DNA of 64,000 nucleotides from Heterodontus francisci (Eukaryota): the NCBI RefSeq assembly GCF_036365525.1, contig NC_090386.1, forward strand, positions 83,596,999 to 83,660,998. Reading direction: 5' to 3'. Below, one piece after another: positions 62,773 through 64,000 of this stretch (within the stretch, counting starts at the first letter, position 1; each line of letters starts with the position of its first letter). The notes below the pieces were generated by a model that was not told the origin of the DNA, did no database searches, and saw nothing but the letters and a program-made list of their open reading frames with translations. A program made the position numbers and the translations under genes.

Positions 62773-64000
62773 AGAGCAGGCTTTTCCTTCCGGTGATGGG
62801 AAATGAACATCAGGACTGTTTCCATATTCTAATCCCACCCCTGAAGGTAGCTTGGGGCCAGGTTATTAAATGGATAGAGCATGGATTTGGTGGCAAATTT
62901 GCGACTGTCAGGGTGGAAACGGAGGTGGAACTGAAAGGGACTGGACCTGATTTAAAGACACCATGGCAGCCATTACTGTGACTGCTGGGTCATTGCATTT
63001 CCTCTTGGTGGGAATATGTCTCAGGAGAGGCAGAGGCCTGGAACTGGAGGTAGGGCAGCCCCTCATTTCACAGATGTGGACCTGGAGGTCCTCCTCCTGG
63101 AGGGTGGCAGGAGAAGACTACCCTCCAAAACAAGAAGGGCTGGATGGATATCTCTGACATTATGAGCAGACGGAGTATGGTGGGCAAAAACTGGGTGCCG
63201 TGTAGGAAGAGGTTCAATGACCTCATTTGCTCTGAAGGGTCAGTGCAACTCTGAACCCCCAGGATAGGCCTCTGGATTTTCACTCTTCAGCAGACACACC
63301 AGTAGAGGAGCCTGAGGGCAAAGAATTTCAAGTCCACAGTTCCTTTGATAGCTACTGGCATAGCATGGCAATCGACCAGTGCTGCGAGGTGTGACGTCTT
63401 CTGAGACAAGGGCACAAATCTCTGTAAAAATCTAGATAGGTGCATTCTCCTCCAGCACTTGTTCTCCATCATCTCAAGGTAGCTCTGTCTTCGGTGGTAG
63501 ATCCTATGCTGAGGGTATGGCCTCTGTTACCTTCCTGCCTCTCATCCCTCTCCTCTGCCCTTCTGATGCCTGGTGCTCTGCCCTTCCTGTGGAGGATATT
63601 GCTCCTCATCGCCACTGAACCCGAAATCTGAGTGTAGTGTTCCCATTGCCAGCTGCTGCCTTCCTTGTGCTCAGGTGGAATCCCAATTGTATCAGGAAGG
63701 CTTGCCCCCTCCTCTTATACCTTCACAATGCCAGGAGGGTGATGACCCTGCGTGCTGCCAATGCACTTACTGACCACTCACCCCACAATCTCTGCTGACC
63801 TGATGGCACATGTGTGCCAATGGCTGAGTCCTCCTTTGCACCATTCTCCCTTTCATGGGGTCCACCTAATTTGTTGGGTTGATCATGACTGGCTCCCCAC
63901 TGTGTTGCCTCCTCAATGCACCTGGTCTGTCCCAGACACCACATGCAGCTCGTGTTCCCCTGCCAAATCAAACATGACCCTCAATGAGCTCACAATGAGC
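62773..64000 (+). mobile_element. Second decayed Harbinger-like Myb/SANT element, running off the window end
   Basis: TIR-like start GAGCAGGCTTTTCC; exon ~63016-63239 reads MSQ..RAAPHFTDVDLEVLL..(frameshift)WMDISDIMSRR..NWVPCRKRFNDL, then a GTCAGT donor. Confidence 0.7.

Noticed and set aside
1-64000. CRISPR arrays, operons, rRNA or prokaryotic defence systems
   Set aside because: No regularly spaced repeats or gene-dense organisation; the content is typical of a vertebrate repeat-rich region.

Overview
This is vertebrate non-coding DNA, most likely from a cartilaginous fish (shark), judging from HE1-type V-SINEs, HER1-like CR1 LINEs and SacSINE1/DeuSINE-like SINEs, all recognised from memory and not by database search. 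No intact host gene can be supported. The window is a nested mosaic of transposable elements. It holds three young RTE-clade LINEs, one with an uninterrupted 1063-aa ORF whose catalytic motif reads FADN instead of FADD. It also holds CR1 and L2 LINE remnants, a second CR1-group LINE family with a tRNA-like head and a matching head-plus-tail SINE, solo LTRs, two decayed Gypsy internal regions, Harbinger-type Myb/SANT elements and MITEs, and Penelope remnants with minimal hammerhead-like motifs. Four observations stand out. (1) A Bcl-2-family BH3-BH1 coding fragment (16881-17081) lies in a ~730-bp GC-rich extension at the 5' end of an RTE copy, and the whole unit splits a solo LTR. (2) An uninterrupted NOP53 coding fragment with no poly(A) (58430-58645) is inserted in a LINE. 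(3) RTE copy 3 has a 131-bp target-site duplication. (4) A LINE/SINE pair shares both a Pol III-like head and a 3' tail. Boundaries of old repeats are approximate.
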